NCBI GenBank assembly: GCA_002269645.1
Contig: NIVC01000552.1
Coordinates: forward strand, 40,819-104,818
From: Macrostomum lignano
Taxonomy: Eukaryota
Direction: 5' to 3'
Length of the DNA stretch: 64,000 nt
The stretch's first letter is position 1, and every line of letters starts with the position of its first letter. The notes below the pieces were generated by a model. The model saw nothing but the letters and a program-made list of their open reading frames with translations. It was not told the DNA's origin and did not search any database. Of the stretch, positions 11,932 through 26,800 are shown piece after piece. The position numbers were made by a program, and so were the translations under genes.

Positions 11932-12508
11932 TGTAGTAGGGCATTATTTTAGAAACGGAAATTTTGCAGGTTTAAATATGCTTTTACCCTACTATCAGTA
12001 GTTTCAACCCGGGGAAATAATTAGAGCAGGGTTAAGTGGATAAAATCGGGGTTCCTTTAGAAATACAGAGCAGTTGGGCTCTCGGGAAAGAAAACCTGTT
12101 TGTTGGAGTGTCTTCTCCTGTCCTCAAACTTGAATTTCACAAGGAAAAGTGGTAAGAAGGGGAAATAAAGAAATATAACTTAGGCTTGCACAGAGGAGTC
12201 TTGCCTCTAAATCTATAACTGGGAGTCTTGCCCAAAGCACTATAGCGGGAATAGGGAATAGGGAGTTAATGTAAAGCAAAACTAACTTTTGTACCGTAAT
12301 TTACTTTTATTAAATATTTTTTTTGTGTTAACTAAATCCAAATTGGTGTCCTGACTTAGTTCTTTAAACCTAAAGCTAGAATTAAGGAACAGCAGGAACC
12401 TGGTGGCAGCGAACTACCAAACATTTAAACAGTACCGCAGATAATAATCCACTCATAATCCTTAGCAATAGAAACCAGTAGCTTAGCCGCGGTTACACGC
12501 CCATTCCA
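11932..12508 (+). repeat. 3' LTR (577 bp)
   Basis: Direct repeat of 3944-4520. Confidence 0.97.
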
Positions 12509-12528
12509 GTTAGTTAGTTAGTTAGTTG

Positions 12529-12579
<51 letters not shown>

Positions 12580-12679
12580 GGTTAGTTAGTCAGTCACTTA
12601 GTTAGTTGGTTAGTTAGTTACTCAGTTAGTTAGTTAGTTAGTTAGTTGGTTAGTTAGTTAGTTAGTTAGTTAGTCAGTC

Positions 12680-12775
<96 letters not shown>

Positions 12776-12875
12776 GGTTAGTTAGTCAGTCACTTAGTTA
12801 GTTGGTTAGTTAGTTACTCAGTTAGTTAGTTAGTTAGTTAGTTGGTTAGTTAGTTAGTTAGTTAGTTAGTCAGTC

Positions 12876-12948
<73 letters not shown>
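12509..12948 (+). repeat. (TTAG)n microsatellite, right part
   Basis: Resumes at the base after the LTR and shares the 'ttactcag' variant with the left part. Confidence 0.98.
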
Positions 12949-13494
12949 AATAGTTCGTCATTTTGCTCCGTATTCCAAGTATTACACGAGTACAAAGTGT
13001 CTACTTTGAGCAGTCTAACACAAACCTGGCCAAAACGTGACGCCTTCGACAGACATGCATATGTTAGATTTCCATACTTTCAACCCCGAATATCCATAGC
13101 GACACGAGAATTCCACTTGGCAAGTGCCTCCCTCTGGTTTGTCATGTCTCGATATTTAAAATTTTTATCCTCAATTCTTGAATTCCCCACGGCACTTCAG
13201 CCCGCTCAAGAGATTCGCATTAATTGCAGAGTCGCGATCCCGAACTCGCGGAGCATCACGAGATGAGGCTGCAATTATTGAAATTATTCTTCTCCCTAGA
13301 AATTTAATTTGAAGAGCCATTGAGCAGCCTTGTAGAATTACTGGGCTCACTAATTGCAAGGGGGTTGGGAGATGGGCTGGAGAACATCAGACCTCCTGGC
13401 TCTTGATCGCTGTCTTTTCAGCGATACCAGCCTCAAGGGTTCAATCGGTGCTGCGTGCATCATGTGTGCTCGTCTCATTGTGCTAATATTTTCT

Positions 13495-14040
13495 GCTCTT
13501 CATCTCTCTCTACATTCTCTTGAATCACCTGTCTCGTCTCATCTCTCGTCTGCTCTCTCATCCCGTCTCATCTCTCGTTTCTCCTCTCCCCTCTCTCCTC
13601 TCCCCTCTCCCCCTTCCCTTCCCTCCCCTCTCCCTTCTCTCCTCTCCCTCTCACCTCTCCCCCCTTCCCTCCCCTCTCCCTTCTCTCCTCTTTCCCCTAG
13701 TGTCCCGCCTCTCTTCTCTCTTCTCTCACCTCTCCTCTCTCCTCTCTCCTCTCCCCTCTCCCCTCTCCCCTCTCCCCTCTCCTCTCTCCCCTCTCCCCTC
13801 TCCCCTCTCACCTCTCCCCCTTCCCTCCCCCTCTTCCTTCTCTCCTCTTTCCCCTAGTGCCCCGCCTCTCTTCTCTCTTCTCTCACCTCTCCTCTCTCCT
13901 CTCTCCTCTCTCCTCTCTCCTCTCTCTTCTCACCGCTTTCCTCTCTTCTCTAACCTTTCATATCTCCCCTATCATCTTTCGTTTCTCTTCTCTCTCCTCT
14001 CTCCTCTCACCTCTCTCTCCTCTCTCTTTTCGTCTTACTC
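13495..14040 (+). repeat. Polypyrimidine (CT-rich) low-complexity tract
   Basis: Almost pure C/T with internal duplications. Confidence 0.95.
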
Positions 14041-14624
14041 CAGTCCAGAATTATAAATCTCACAATTCACCAACAAACTAATGGCTCAGAATATTTATAA
14101 ACATCATCACAGCAGATTGTCTAAGTCTGTAGAAAAAAACAATAATTCATTAAAATTCCAATAAAAAGCATATCAGAACCCCGAGATTATTCATTTTAAA
14201 TTACTTTGGATTTTGCTGCTACTCGTAGCAGAGCAAAAATTCTCTTAATTAAAAAATCTACCAGTTGAAGGCTCAATGTTACAATAAAGCTTTACTATCA
14301 GTTAACCTTCTTATCGATCTGTCGCTACGGCTTATGCGGGGTGCAAAGTTCAAAAACAGATTTTTTATCGGCTTATTAGATTTCTGTGCAAAAGCTGCTT
14401 TATTTCTTGCAGTGTTGAGGCACATATATTATACTATTTTAAAATGTAATCTAAATAGAAAACTTGGAAGTTACGATCACGCGGTCGCGCTAAAATACTG
14501 CAGGAAGGGTCGTTAAATGGACACTAAGAGGCGAAAAAGCAGAAGCTAAAAGGATGAATACTTTATTAATTATGGGAGCAAGCGGATTTTTTACAAAGTG
14601 ACACTGAATACAGAATATAGCGAA

Positions 14625-14905
14625 GAAGGGAGAGGTGACAAAAGAGGATGGAGAAAAAGAGAGGGGAGAGGAAGAGAGAGAAGGGGAGAGAGGAGAAGAG
14701 AGAGAAGAGGAGAGAGGAGAAGAGAGACGAGAAAGGAGAAGAGAGAGGAGAAGAAAGAGGAGAGAGGAGAGAGGAGAAGAGAGACGAGAAAGGAGAAGAG
14801 AGAGGAGAAGAAAGAGGAGAGAGGAGAGAGGAGAAGAGAGAGAAGAGAGAGAAGAAAGAGGAGAGAGGAGAAGAGGGAGGAGAGGAGAGAGGAGAGAGGG
14901 GAGAG
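14625..14905 (+). repeat. Polypurine (GA-rich) tract
   Basis: Almost pure G/A. Confidence 0.95.
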
Positions 14906-15800
14906 GAGGCAAGGCACTGGAGATGTGCTTCAAATTGAATAATGCAGTTGAAAATAACCAAGCCTAGCAAAGCGAAATCATCAGTGTATGCATTGCATTG
15001 ATGCAAGCACCGTGTCTCAGTCTCTTTAATCTCGGCACCTGACTAAGCCGATGACAGTCCCAACTAAAGTAGTGCAATCGATCGTTTTGTATTGGAATTC
15101 ATTGCAGCCCTATAATTACAAAGCCCCAAGCTTCTCAAGCTTCTCAACTTCTCTTGGCATTTTTTGCTAGCTCTATTTTTGAAACTCATTGAGACGCTCC
15201 GAGGAAGCGTTCACCGCGGAGTTTAGAATTACGGCCAGTCAGAGTCACCAGTCTCATTATTGCTATTGTCATGGCAACCCCAAAGGCACAGAAGTTTAGT
15301 TTGTAAAGCGAAGTTTCCAAACCAGGATTATTAACTATGAAAGTCCCTGGCGCACAGTCCATGCGCGCATGCAAAGCTGTGGAGGGGAAACTGGGACGAA
15401 AAAACGTCTTCCCCCACTGGAACAGAACGGCTCAGATTTACTGGCTACTGTGGGCAGTCATTGCTCACTTTTTATGATGCCAACGCATCTATGCTCAGCT
15501 CAATGTGGCTTGGAGAGGCCCGACATCCGCTCAAGGAAGAGTGACAGAGGTTGAGCAGAGTGAAAGCTGAGCTACAGAAGGGAAAAGTTGTGTGTCCCAA
15601 TTGTGAAGTGCGGTAGACTTGGCTGATTTGGGGTTTTATTGAATGCGTTTTAGCACACAGAGGGGTTTTGGCTGCGTGAATCTTGAGCAGCAATCTTTGA
15701 AGCATTGGTTTTATTTTCTAGTCATGGGTCACCTGTACTCCATAACAGTTATAAACTTGAGTAGAAAAAATATATGAACTTGAACAGTCTGTCTAAGTGC

Positions 15801-16437
<637 letters not shown>

Positions 16438-16652
16438 AATTTTTTTTAACTTTCTAACAACTTCTAATGTCATTAAAAGTTAATACACGTTGTAAGCTGC
16501 GCTTTTTAAGCCATGCTTGAACTGCCTGTAATTTGCTCTCCAAACTTTCGCCTCACCCTCAGCTCTGCCAATGTTTGTTCAGCTGAGCAGTGAGAGTGCC
16601 TTCGACTTCAGTTAAGCAAGTATTAATATAAAATAGGCATTTGGCTGGCTAA

Positions 16653-16962
16653 CTGACTGACTGACTGACTGACTGACTGACTGACTGACTGACTGACTGA
16701 CTGACTGACTGACTGACTGACTGACTGACTGACTGACTGACTGACTGACTGACTGACTGACTGACTGACTGACTGACTGACTGACTGACTGACTGACTGA
16801 CTGACTGACTGACTGACTGACTGACTGACTGACTGACTGACTGACTGACTGACTGACTGACTGACTGACTGACTGACTGACTGACTGACTGACTGACTGA
16901 CTGACTGACTGACTGACTGACTGACTGACTGACTGACTGACTGACTGACTGACTGACTGACT

Positions 16963-17013
<51 letters not shown>

Positions 17014-17026
17014 TGACTGACTGACT

Positions 17027-17077
<51 letters not shown>

Positions 17078-17121
17078 TGACTGACTGACTGACTGACTGA
17101 CTGACTGACTGACTGACTGAC
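16653..17121 (+). repeat. (CTGA)n microsatellite
   Basis: Near-perfect array. Confidence 0.98.
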
Positions 17122-17769
17122 ACAGTCACAATCGCAGTGCACTTTCTTTACTGAAACTCTAGAAGGAATCAGGAAAATCTTGTGCGTTAGAGAAGAAGAG
17201 GTCGCTCCATTAGTCCGTCTTCTAGTAGAGCAGCTCTGCTGTATCGAATCAAGAAATGAGCTGCAGACTCACGTACGCCCGCACAGCATCTCTCTCTCCC
17301 TTCCCTTCACCGGTCTCAACCCTCCTGGCCTCTGCCCAAGCCGCCGCGCGAGGGCTCAGAGTCAACCAATCGCGTAGGAGTACAGACAGAGAAGCAGAAA
17401 AATGGAAGTGCCAGGTTTTGAGTAGGCCGGTATGAGTAGGATCTCCCTTGGTTTAAGTCCCCAGCCAAGCTCTCTCCGATCCAGCCATGTCGCTACAGAC
17501 TGCTCCAACCCCAAACCCTTAGAATTTGAGCCGTCCCGAATTCGAAGTCTGCTAGAACGATAAAAAGAGGAACCGCTAATTGAGTTCACTAAGGTGCTTC
17601 GCCTTGACTACGCGTGAACTTCTTGCTGACTTCTCTCAATAAACACCTGCATTATTGCAGTAGGTGGCCAATTCTCGCTTAACACCTTTGGGGGCCATCA
17701 GCTCAGGTAATTCACTAATTTTACTAGATTTGAGTTGTCGTAGCTTTCGCAATTTTCATCACTGTCTTC

Positions 17770-17969
17770 TCTCCCCTGTCTCACCCTCACCCCTTGTATT
17801 CCCCTCACCCCTTTCTCCCTCTCTCCCCTGTCTCACCCTCACCCCTTGTATTCCCCTCACCCCTTTCTCCCCTCTCCCCTGTCTCCCTCTCACCCCTGTC
17901 TCCCTCTCTCCCCTGTCTCCCTCTCACCCCTGTCTCCCTCTCGCCCCTGTCTCCCTCTCTGTCCCTCCC

Positions 17970-18017
<48 letters not shown>

Positions 18018-18054
18018 AGTCAGTCTGTCTGTCTGTCTGTCTGTCTGTCAGTCA

Positions 18055-18109
<55 letters not shown>

Positions 18110-18146
18110 AGTCAGTCTGTCTGTCTGTCTGTCTGTCTGTCAGTCA

Positions 18147-18177
<31 letters not shown>

Positions 18178-18208
18178 AGTCAGGTGTCTGTCTGTCTGTC
18201 TGTCTGAC

Positions 18209-18252
<44 letters not shown>
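17770..18252 (+). repeat. CT-rich tract followed by (GTCT)n/(GTCA)n
   Basis: Directly visible. Confidence 0.95.
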
Positions 18253-18258
<6 letters not shown>

Positions 18259-18791
18259 GTTCAATTTCCTCTCCAACCTGTCCCTCATCAGGATAAATGC
18301 ATTTGTTCTACTCTATGCGCAAGCAAAACACACAGGTTGTAAGCATATCACAGTCAGTTTCAGTGCATCAACAGTAGCGAACGGGGGGGGGTCGGTAGAA
18401 TGAACAAACAAGATGGCTGCTTGAAATGGAAAGTATCGAGTCCGGAGGTCTGAATCTTGCTAAGACCTCATTCATTCTGCAATTCACTCCTGCACAGGCC
18501 TCGTGTCCTTAGCTAGCCTTCCTTCCTAGATTATCAGTCCTTCCAACTGTCCGTCTCCAGTGCTGGCCTCCCAGTAGCCAGTGTTAAACGTAAGCTGGTG
18601 CAGCTGTGCAACCCGAAAGTGCTGCTTGGTCTAGCTCGAGAATTTACGTTATTTTCCCATCCCTCTCCCGGTAGCAACGCACTCTCTCTCCCCCTGACCC
18701 TCTTGAATCCCCCTGCGCACTGCCATTGATTTACCCCCCTAGTCTGCTTTAGGGTGCACATGGTAAAATTATAATCTGCTCCTGTTTGCAG

Positions 18792-18897
18792 GACTCGAAT
18801 AAGACAGCCGGACATTGCTGCTGAAGTGAAGCCGACTGGAAAGAAGGAGAGTCGGCTGAAATTGAAAAAAAGATTTCGTAAACGAAGATCTGACTCG
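18792..18897 (+). CDS. Probable exon of the GRAM gene (TRIRQPDIAAEVKPTGKKESRLKLKKRFRKRRSDS)
   Basis: tgtttgcag| acceptor and |gtgagt donor, with only one open frame. Basic NLS-like stretch. Confidence 0.6.
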
Positions 18898-18932
18898 GTG
18901 AGTTGCTCTGTTGCTTTTGCGCTACTGAGTGT

Positions 18933-19540
18933 CTGCTGATGTCTGTGGGTGTCTGATGATGTTTGTGGGTGTCTGCTGATGTCTGTGGGTGTCTGCTGAT
19001 GACTATGGGTGTCTGCTGATGTCTGTGGGTGTCTGATGATGTTTGTGGGTGTCTGCTGATGTCCGTGGGTGTCTGCTGATGACTATGGGTGTCTGATGAT
19101 GTCTGTGGGTGTCTGATGATGTTTGTGGGTGTCTGCTGATGTCTGTGGGTGTCTGCTGATGACTATGGGTGTCTGATGATGTCTGTGGGTGTCTGCTGAT
19201 ATCTATGGGTGTCTGCTGATGTCTGTGGGTGTCTTCTGATGTCTATGGACGTCTGCTGATGTCTATGGGTGTCTGCTGATATCTATGGGTGTCTGATGAT
19301 GTCTGTGGGTGTCTGCTGATGTCTATGGGTGTCTGCTGATGTCTGTGGGTGTCTTCTGATGTCTGTGGGTGTCTGCTGATGTCTGTAGGTGTCTGCTGAT
19401 GTCTGTGGGTGTCTGCTGATGACTATGGGTGTCTGCTGATGTCTGTGGGTGTCTTCTGATGTCTATGGACGTCTGCTGATGTCTATGGACGTCTGCTGAT
19501 GTCTGTGGACGTCTGCTGATGTATGTGGGTGTCTGCTGAT
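18933..19540 (+). repeat. 20-bp minisatellite (gtctgctgatgtctgtgggt)
   Basis: About 30 units starting roughly 35 bp after the donor. Confidence 0.95.
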
Positions 19541-19954
19541 TTTTAGGGGCTGCTATAGGTAATAGGTTTATTAAATATAGAATTATCTGCCTCGAGCATT
19601 ATTCCTATCTGCCTCAGGGGCATTCAAGCCCGGTTCATATAGAAGCCATGAAATGAGTGCAGTCAGTGAAGCAGATGAATATTTATAAGAAAGTTTCTAA
19701 AAGTGCTCCCGCTGGAGCCGGCAGCTGCGGAGAAGCCACTTAGGCGGATCCATCAAACTCAGCCAGCTGCATCAAACTCCGCACAGAATCCCACCCCAGC
19801 CATGATGGCGTATAAAAATTGCCATCATCATCTGAGTTCTGCTCCCCTCGCCTCATCTCATCCCGTGGGGAGAATTTCCTGTTGGACTTGTTCCCATTAG
19901 CAGACTTGAGGCTTAAGGGATGGTAGAATGCACTTTTGTTACATTCTATCCATC

Positions 19955-20581
<627 letters not shown>

Positions 20582-20623
20582 TCTTATATATATACATACA
20601 TTTTTCTTATGAATATGCAACAG

Positions 20624-20678
20624 GAAAGGGTTATTCTGTGTGCCAGGAATATCCGATATAATCCCCTCAGGGGATTAG
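20624..20678 (+). CDS. Candidate small exon bridging phase 0 to phase 1 (ERVILCARNIRYNPLRGL-G)
   Basis: gcaacag| acceptor and a weak |gttgat donor. Proposed only because it reconciles the phases between 18897 and 20783. Confidence 0.3.
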
Positions 20679-20782
20679 GTTGATAAATTTTGTTTAACCT
20701 CGTCAGTAAAAATTGTGACAAAAATTCAGATTTATATTCAGTTTTAAATTTCATTAATTTGCTTTCAATTTGTAGTCCGCAG

Positions 20783-20869
20783 GCAGCGACGGCTCGGCAC
20801 ACATGAACGGCAGAACGGGGAAATTCCACCGCCTGTTCGACATTGCCACAACCGAGGTTCTGATAAGAA
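20783..20869 (+). CDS. GRAM gene exon (start of GRAM domain)
   Basis: ccgcag|...|gtgagc; encodes FHRLF. Confidence 0.85.
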
Positions 20870-23800
20870 GTGAGCCGCCGATCAATGCAAGCCTTTCAAG
20901 CCGCAGCACCCCATGGGACAGATAAGCTGCGCCTTTGCAGCCAGAGGGGTCTCTGGGAGCCTTGCATGAGGCACGGGGGAAAATGGCGTGACTCCGGCGA
21001 CAGCGCCACTGCACTCCAGGCCAAGCCGAACTGTTAAAGTGCAAATATGAAAGAATTTCCAGAAGGAGATGCAAAGCTCCTTTGGGATTGTAATAAGCAT
21101 GATCATATGGGCGGGGGATTGACTTCTCTGCGGTCGTGGCTTCAGTCTGCAGCACGATAATTATCAGTATGGTTCTTGCTGCCGGCCTAGTGGGGTCGCT
21201 CGACTGTCATTTGTCTTCTGTATTGATGCAAAACTAAAAAATCTACGAGAATCTAGGCGTGCAAAACTTGAAAATCAAGGCGTGCAAAACTAAAAAATCT
21301 ACAAGAATCTAGGCGTGCAAAGCTGGAGAATCTTTCAAAACTCGAGAAGGCGTGCAAAACTCGAGAACCTAGGCGTAAAAAAAACTCGATAATCTAGGCG
21401 TGCAAAACTCGAGAACCTAGGCGTAAAAAAACTCGATAATCTAGGCGTGCAAAACTTAAGAAACTAGGCGTGCAAAACTTGAGAATCTTGGCGTGCAAAA
21501 CTTGAGAAACTAGGCGTGCAAAACTTGAGAATCTAGGCGTGCAAAACTTGAGAATCTAGGCGTGCAAAACTTGAGAATCTAGGCGTGCAAAACTTGAGAA
21601 TCTAGGCGTGCAAAACTTGAGAATCTAGGCGTGCAAAACTTGAGAATCTAGGCGTGCAAAACTTGAGAATCTAGGCGTGCAAAACTTGAGAATCTAGGCG
21701 TGCAAAACTTGAGAATCTAGGCGTGCAAAACTCGAGAATCTAGGCGTGCAAAACTCGAGAATCTAGGCGTGCAAAACTCGATAATCTAGGCGTGCAAAAC
21801 TCGAGAATCTAGGCGTGCAAAGCTCAAGAATCTAGGCTTGAAAACCAGGGAATCCCAGTGGGCATCTATTCGTCAGACTAGGCTATTTGCATTTTCCAAA
21901 TTGCATTTTTGCGCTAACAATCCGAAAAGCAAGCAGAAACAGAAATTGTGAACGGGAGACAGACAGGCAAAGTTCGTGTTTAAGTAGCAAGATCAGATAA
22001 GGGCTGCGTGGGCGGGGATGCAGATACAAACTCCCTAAGGACACAGGCATCTGGCACACAGCTGGGACTGAGGCTCAAGCATAAGGTGACGGAGTATGTC
22101 ACTAACCGGGCTGTTCTTAAGAACTTGGCGCGCCAGACAGCACTTTGAACTTTGAAGACAGGGCAGACCATCTTGGCGCGTGAAGGAAATTCTTTTCTCT
22201 TTGCGTTTGGTTTCTTGCTTGCCTGTGCTTTCATTTTAACAGCAGCTTAACTGAGTCTGTCCTTAAATCTGTCAGTATTTATTAGTATCTTTGAGTCCGT
22301 CTTAGTGTCTGTCTCATTGTCTGTCTTAGTGTCTGTCTTAGTGTCTGTCTCAGTGTCTGTCTCAGTGTCTGTCTTAGTGTCTGTCTTAGTGTCTGTCTCA
22401 GTGTCTGTCTTAGTGTCTGTCTTAGTGTCTGTCTCAGTGTCTGTCTCAGTGTCTGTCTCAGTGTCTGTCTTAGTGTCTGTCTCAGTGTCTGTCTCATTGT
22501 CTGTCTTAGTGTCTGTCTTAGTGTCTGTCTCAGTGTCTGTCTCAGTGTCTGTCTCAGTGTCTGTCTTAGTGTCTGTCCCAGTGTCTGTCCCAGTGTCTGT
22601 CTCAGTGTCTGTCTCAGTGTCTGTCTCAGTGTCTGTCTTAGTGTCTGTCTCAGTGTCTGTCTCATTGTCTGTCTTAGTGTCTGTCTTAGTGTCTGTCTCA
22701 GTGTCTGTCTCAGTGTCTGTCTCAGTGTCTGTCTTAGTGTCTGTCTCAGTGTCTGTCTCATTGTCTGTCTTAGTGTCTGTCTTAGTGTCTGTCTCAGTGT
22801 CTGTCTCAGTGTCTGTCTCAGTGTCTGTCTTAGTGTCTGTCTCAGTGTCTGTCTCATTGTCTGTCTTAGTGTCTGTCTTAGTGTCTGTCTCAGTGTCTGT
22901 CTCAGTGTCTGTCTCAGTGTCTGTCTTAGTGTCTGTCCCAGTGTCTGTCCCAGTGTCTGTCTCAGTGTCTGTCTCAGTGTCTGTCTCAGTGTCTGTCTTG
23001 CAGTTTCTGTCTTAGTGCCTGTCTTGCAGTGTCTGTCTTAGTGTCTGTCTCAGTGTCTGTCTTGCAGTGTCTGTCTCAGTGTCTGTCTTGCAGTGCCTGT
23101 CTCAGTGCCTGTCGTGCAGTGTCTGTCTCAGTGTCTGTCTTAGTGTCTATCTCAGTATCCTCCAGTTTTCTGTTCTCTGACCGTCTGTCCACCAGTGCAC
23201 TAATTTCTGCCTGCTCTGCTCTCACCCCTCCCTGCCCAGCTGTTGCGGATCCCAAGCTCAAAGCATCCCAAATTATGGCCAAACTCATTTGCCATGACAG
23301 CTCTGTTGCTGGCACACCCTCTCTGCAGCTGGTCTGAAACAGGGACTTGCCTGAAAAATTTCTGAAATATTTCTCTACCTTACCCCCCCCCAAACTATAA
23401 TTCCCCGCTTCCCTCAGCCTGCTTGTTGCCAACCAACCCGAGACAGGAGGGCAAAATGGCAAAGTTCAGTTCCTGCTGACATTAGCTGAGCTCTAGATTA
23501 ATTTGTATTGCAATGATAACTGCATCTGCTTTGCTGTGTGACTCATCAACTTCTCAACGCGACAGCGAGTTTCCATATCTCACGATCTTTCTGCTTTTTC
23601 TTGCAGCCTTTCCGTGCGCCCTGAAAGCGGAAATTCTGCTCCAGGGCACGTTCTATGTCTCCGCCAACTTCTTCTGCTTTTACGCCCGGCTGGCCAACAA
23701 GAGGAAGACGGTGAGACGAAGGTTTCCGCCTGAGACCCTTGGAAAGTGATTAGAAATTCACAAGATAAATGGGTCTGCACTGCTCGTACTCGTAAAAACT

Positions 23801-26800
23801 GGGGAAGTCTCGTGTCACCTGTTTGCTTTAGTTTTGAGCTGCATAATTCAAAATCCAAGCTGCTGGATTCTCCTGCAAAACCTGGTGCTTCAGTGGTTCC
23901 AATTTTACTGAGTAACACTAAGAAAAAACCCGACCCACTGAACTGACAACTCAATTTAATTGACGATTCAGCTTGACACCTGATATTGGCGCTCTCTGAC
24001 ACCTGATATTGGCGCTCTCTGACACCCGATATTGGCGCTCTCTGACACCCGATATTGGCGCCACTCTGACAACCGATATTGGCGCTCTCTGACACCCGAT
24101 ATTGGCGCTCTCTGACACCCGATATTGGCGCTCTCTGACACCCGAAATTGGCGCTCTCTGACACCCGATATTGGCGCTCTCTGACACCCGATATTGGCGC
24201 TCTCTGACACCCGATATTGGCGCTCTCTGACACCCGATATTGGCTCTCTCTGACACCCGATATTGGCGCTCTCTGACACCCGATATTGGCGCTCTCTGAC
24301 ACCCCGCTGACACCCCCTGACACCCGATATTGGCGCCCTCTGACACCCGATATTGGCGCCCTCTGACACCCGATATTGGCGCCCACTGACACCCCTCTGA
24401 CACCCGATATTGGCGCCCTCTGACACCCCTCTGACACCTGATATTGGCGCCCACTGACACCCCTCTGACACCTGATATTGGCGCCATCTAACAATGGATT
24501 TCGGAACAAGGTGCCATCCGAAGTGTAGAATTTCAACTCATTAACTGCACTTTAAAACATTGTGGGCCAAAAAACGGAAAAATGCTGCCTGAGAAGCACC
24601 CGGAGTCTAACATACATTTCAGATCCTCATCAAATATTTGCACTGCAGTCGAGCATTCGTTTAAATCCCTGGCCCGCAGATTAAAATCCCCATTAGAACT
24701 GTATGCGAAATCACCAGAGAGAAGACTGCAATCTTCTTCCCCAACGCGATCGGGATTCGAACTGAGGACTCCCGGGTGAGATATCGGTTGCACTTTTAAG
24801 TTTTATTTTGATGAAAAAATGAGATCCTTTTTAATCTGATAATTTTATCCCATCCAATTTCAGTACGTCTTTGGCTCCATCTTGTCAAGAGAGAACACGC
24901 TTAAACTGCTGCTGGAGCTGTGGAATGCCGCCATCTGCCCGGCTCAGGACTGCCACGTGGTGAGTGACTGGGTGAGTGACTGAGTGAGTGACTGGTTGAG
25001 TGACTGAGAGAGTGACTGGGTGAGTGACTGGGTGAGTGACTGAGAGAGTGACTGGGTGAGTGACTGAGTGAGTGACTGAGAGAGTGACTGGGTGAGTGAC
25101 TGAGAGAGTGACTGGGTGAGTGACTGAGTGAGTGACTGGGTGAGTGACTGGGTGAGTGACTGAGAGAGTGACTGGGTGAGTGACTGAGAGAGTGACTGGG
25201 TGAGTGACTGAGTGAGTGACTGAGAAAGTGACTGGGTGAGTGACTGAGAGAGTGACTGGGTGAGTGACTGGGTGAGTGACTGGGTGAGTGACTGAGAGAG
25301 TGACTGGGTGAGTGACTGAGTGAGCGACTGAGAGAGTGAATGGGTGAGTGACTGAGTGAGCGACTGAGAGAGTGAATGGGTGAGTGACTGAGTGAGTGAC
25401 TGGGTGAGTGACTGGGTGAGTGACTGGGTGAGTGACTGAGTGAGTGACTGGGTGAGTGACTGGGTGAGTGACTGAGTGAGTGACTGGGTGAGTGACTGGG
25501 TGAGTGACTGGGTGAGTGACTGGGTGAGTGACTGAGTGATGACTGGGTGAGTGACTAGGTGAGTGACTAGGTGAGTGACTGGGTGAGTGACTAGGTGAGT
25601 GACTGGGTGATGACTGGGTGAGTGACTGGGTGAGTGACTGGGTGAGTGACTGGGTGAGTGACTGGGTGAGTGACTGGGTGAGTGACTGGGTGAGTGACTG
25701 GGTGAGTGACTGGGTGAGTGACTGGGTGAGTGACTGGGTGAGTGCCAGTGTAACAGTGATCTGAGGCACTCTCCATGTGCTGTACAATGCTGGGCATTAC
25801 CGCGCATCAGCAGCGCGCACAAATCCGCGCATTTGCAGCCCGTGGTGGCGGGCATCCAGGAAAGCCGACGGATTTTTCGAAGCTCGAGCGACTCCGACTT
25901 GGCCAGCCTCCAGGTCGGCGGTTCCGTGGTGAGCGCGGGGTGGCAGCTCGCACAGATTCTCAATAAATTACACCTGTCAATTAATTTCAAAGGGCTGAAG
26001 AACCGAGCCAAAGTCCCCAGGGAGAGGAGGGGGGAGTTCGATTGTGTGCTCGACCTCATTAACTTGATTTCTGTGTGCAAAGTCGTCCCCTGCTCACCCG
26101 CCGCAGCTCGTGAAGCACCGAGGCCATCTGCACCTCAATGGCGAGTGCCTGCACCCTCCAACCGCGGCACAGTCTGTGTCACCTGTGACTCAGGAGCATC
26201 AGCAGTCAGAGCTCACAGTTCCTCAGCTGCCTCCGCCGCCTCAGCAACATCAGCATCATCAGTTCTCAGAGGCAACAGTTACCGGCAGTGCTAGGCTATT
26301 TGCAAAGCTTTCGCACTTCTTTCTGCAGATATTTTTAATAATCAGTGAGTTTTTAGCTGCGATTTTGCCGTTTCTGGGACGGGGCGCCAAAGCCACTGCC
26401 GGGGGCGCTAAAGCTACTGCAGGGGGCGCCAAAGCTACTGCAGGGGACGCCAAAGCTACTGCAGGGGCGCCAAAGCTACTGCAATGCAGGGGGCGCTAAA
26501 GCTACTGCAATAAGGGGGGCGCCAAAGCTACTGCAATGGAGGAGGCGCCAAAGCTACTGCAATAAGGGGGGCGCCAAAGCTACTGCAATGGAGGAGGCGC
26601 CAAAGCTACTGCAATAAGGGGGGCGCCAAAGCTACTGCAATGGAGGAGGCGCCAAAGCTACTGCAATAAGGGGGGCGCCAAAGCTACTGCAATGGAGGGG
26701 GCGCCAAAGCTACTGCAAGGGGGCGCCAAAGCTACTGCAATGGAGGGGGCGCCAAAGCTACTGCAAGGGGGCGCCAAAGCTACTGCAATGGAGGGGGTGC

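Larger units (their letters stand above)
3944..12508 (+). mobile_element. Full-length Ty3/gypsy (Metaviridae) LTR retrotransposon
   Basis: TG...CA LTRs at 3944-4520 and 11932-12508, PBS, PPT, gag, and pol in PR-RT-RH-IN order, plus a third ORF. GTTA is present on both flanks (4-bp TSD, ambiguous inside the microsatellite). Confidence 0.98.

Noticed and set aside
17432-17706. Alternative 5' exons of the GRAM gene (MSRISLGLSP...; GGQFSLNTFGGHQL)
   Set aside because: The first frame hits a TAA before a donor and there is no homology support. Unresolved without transcripts.
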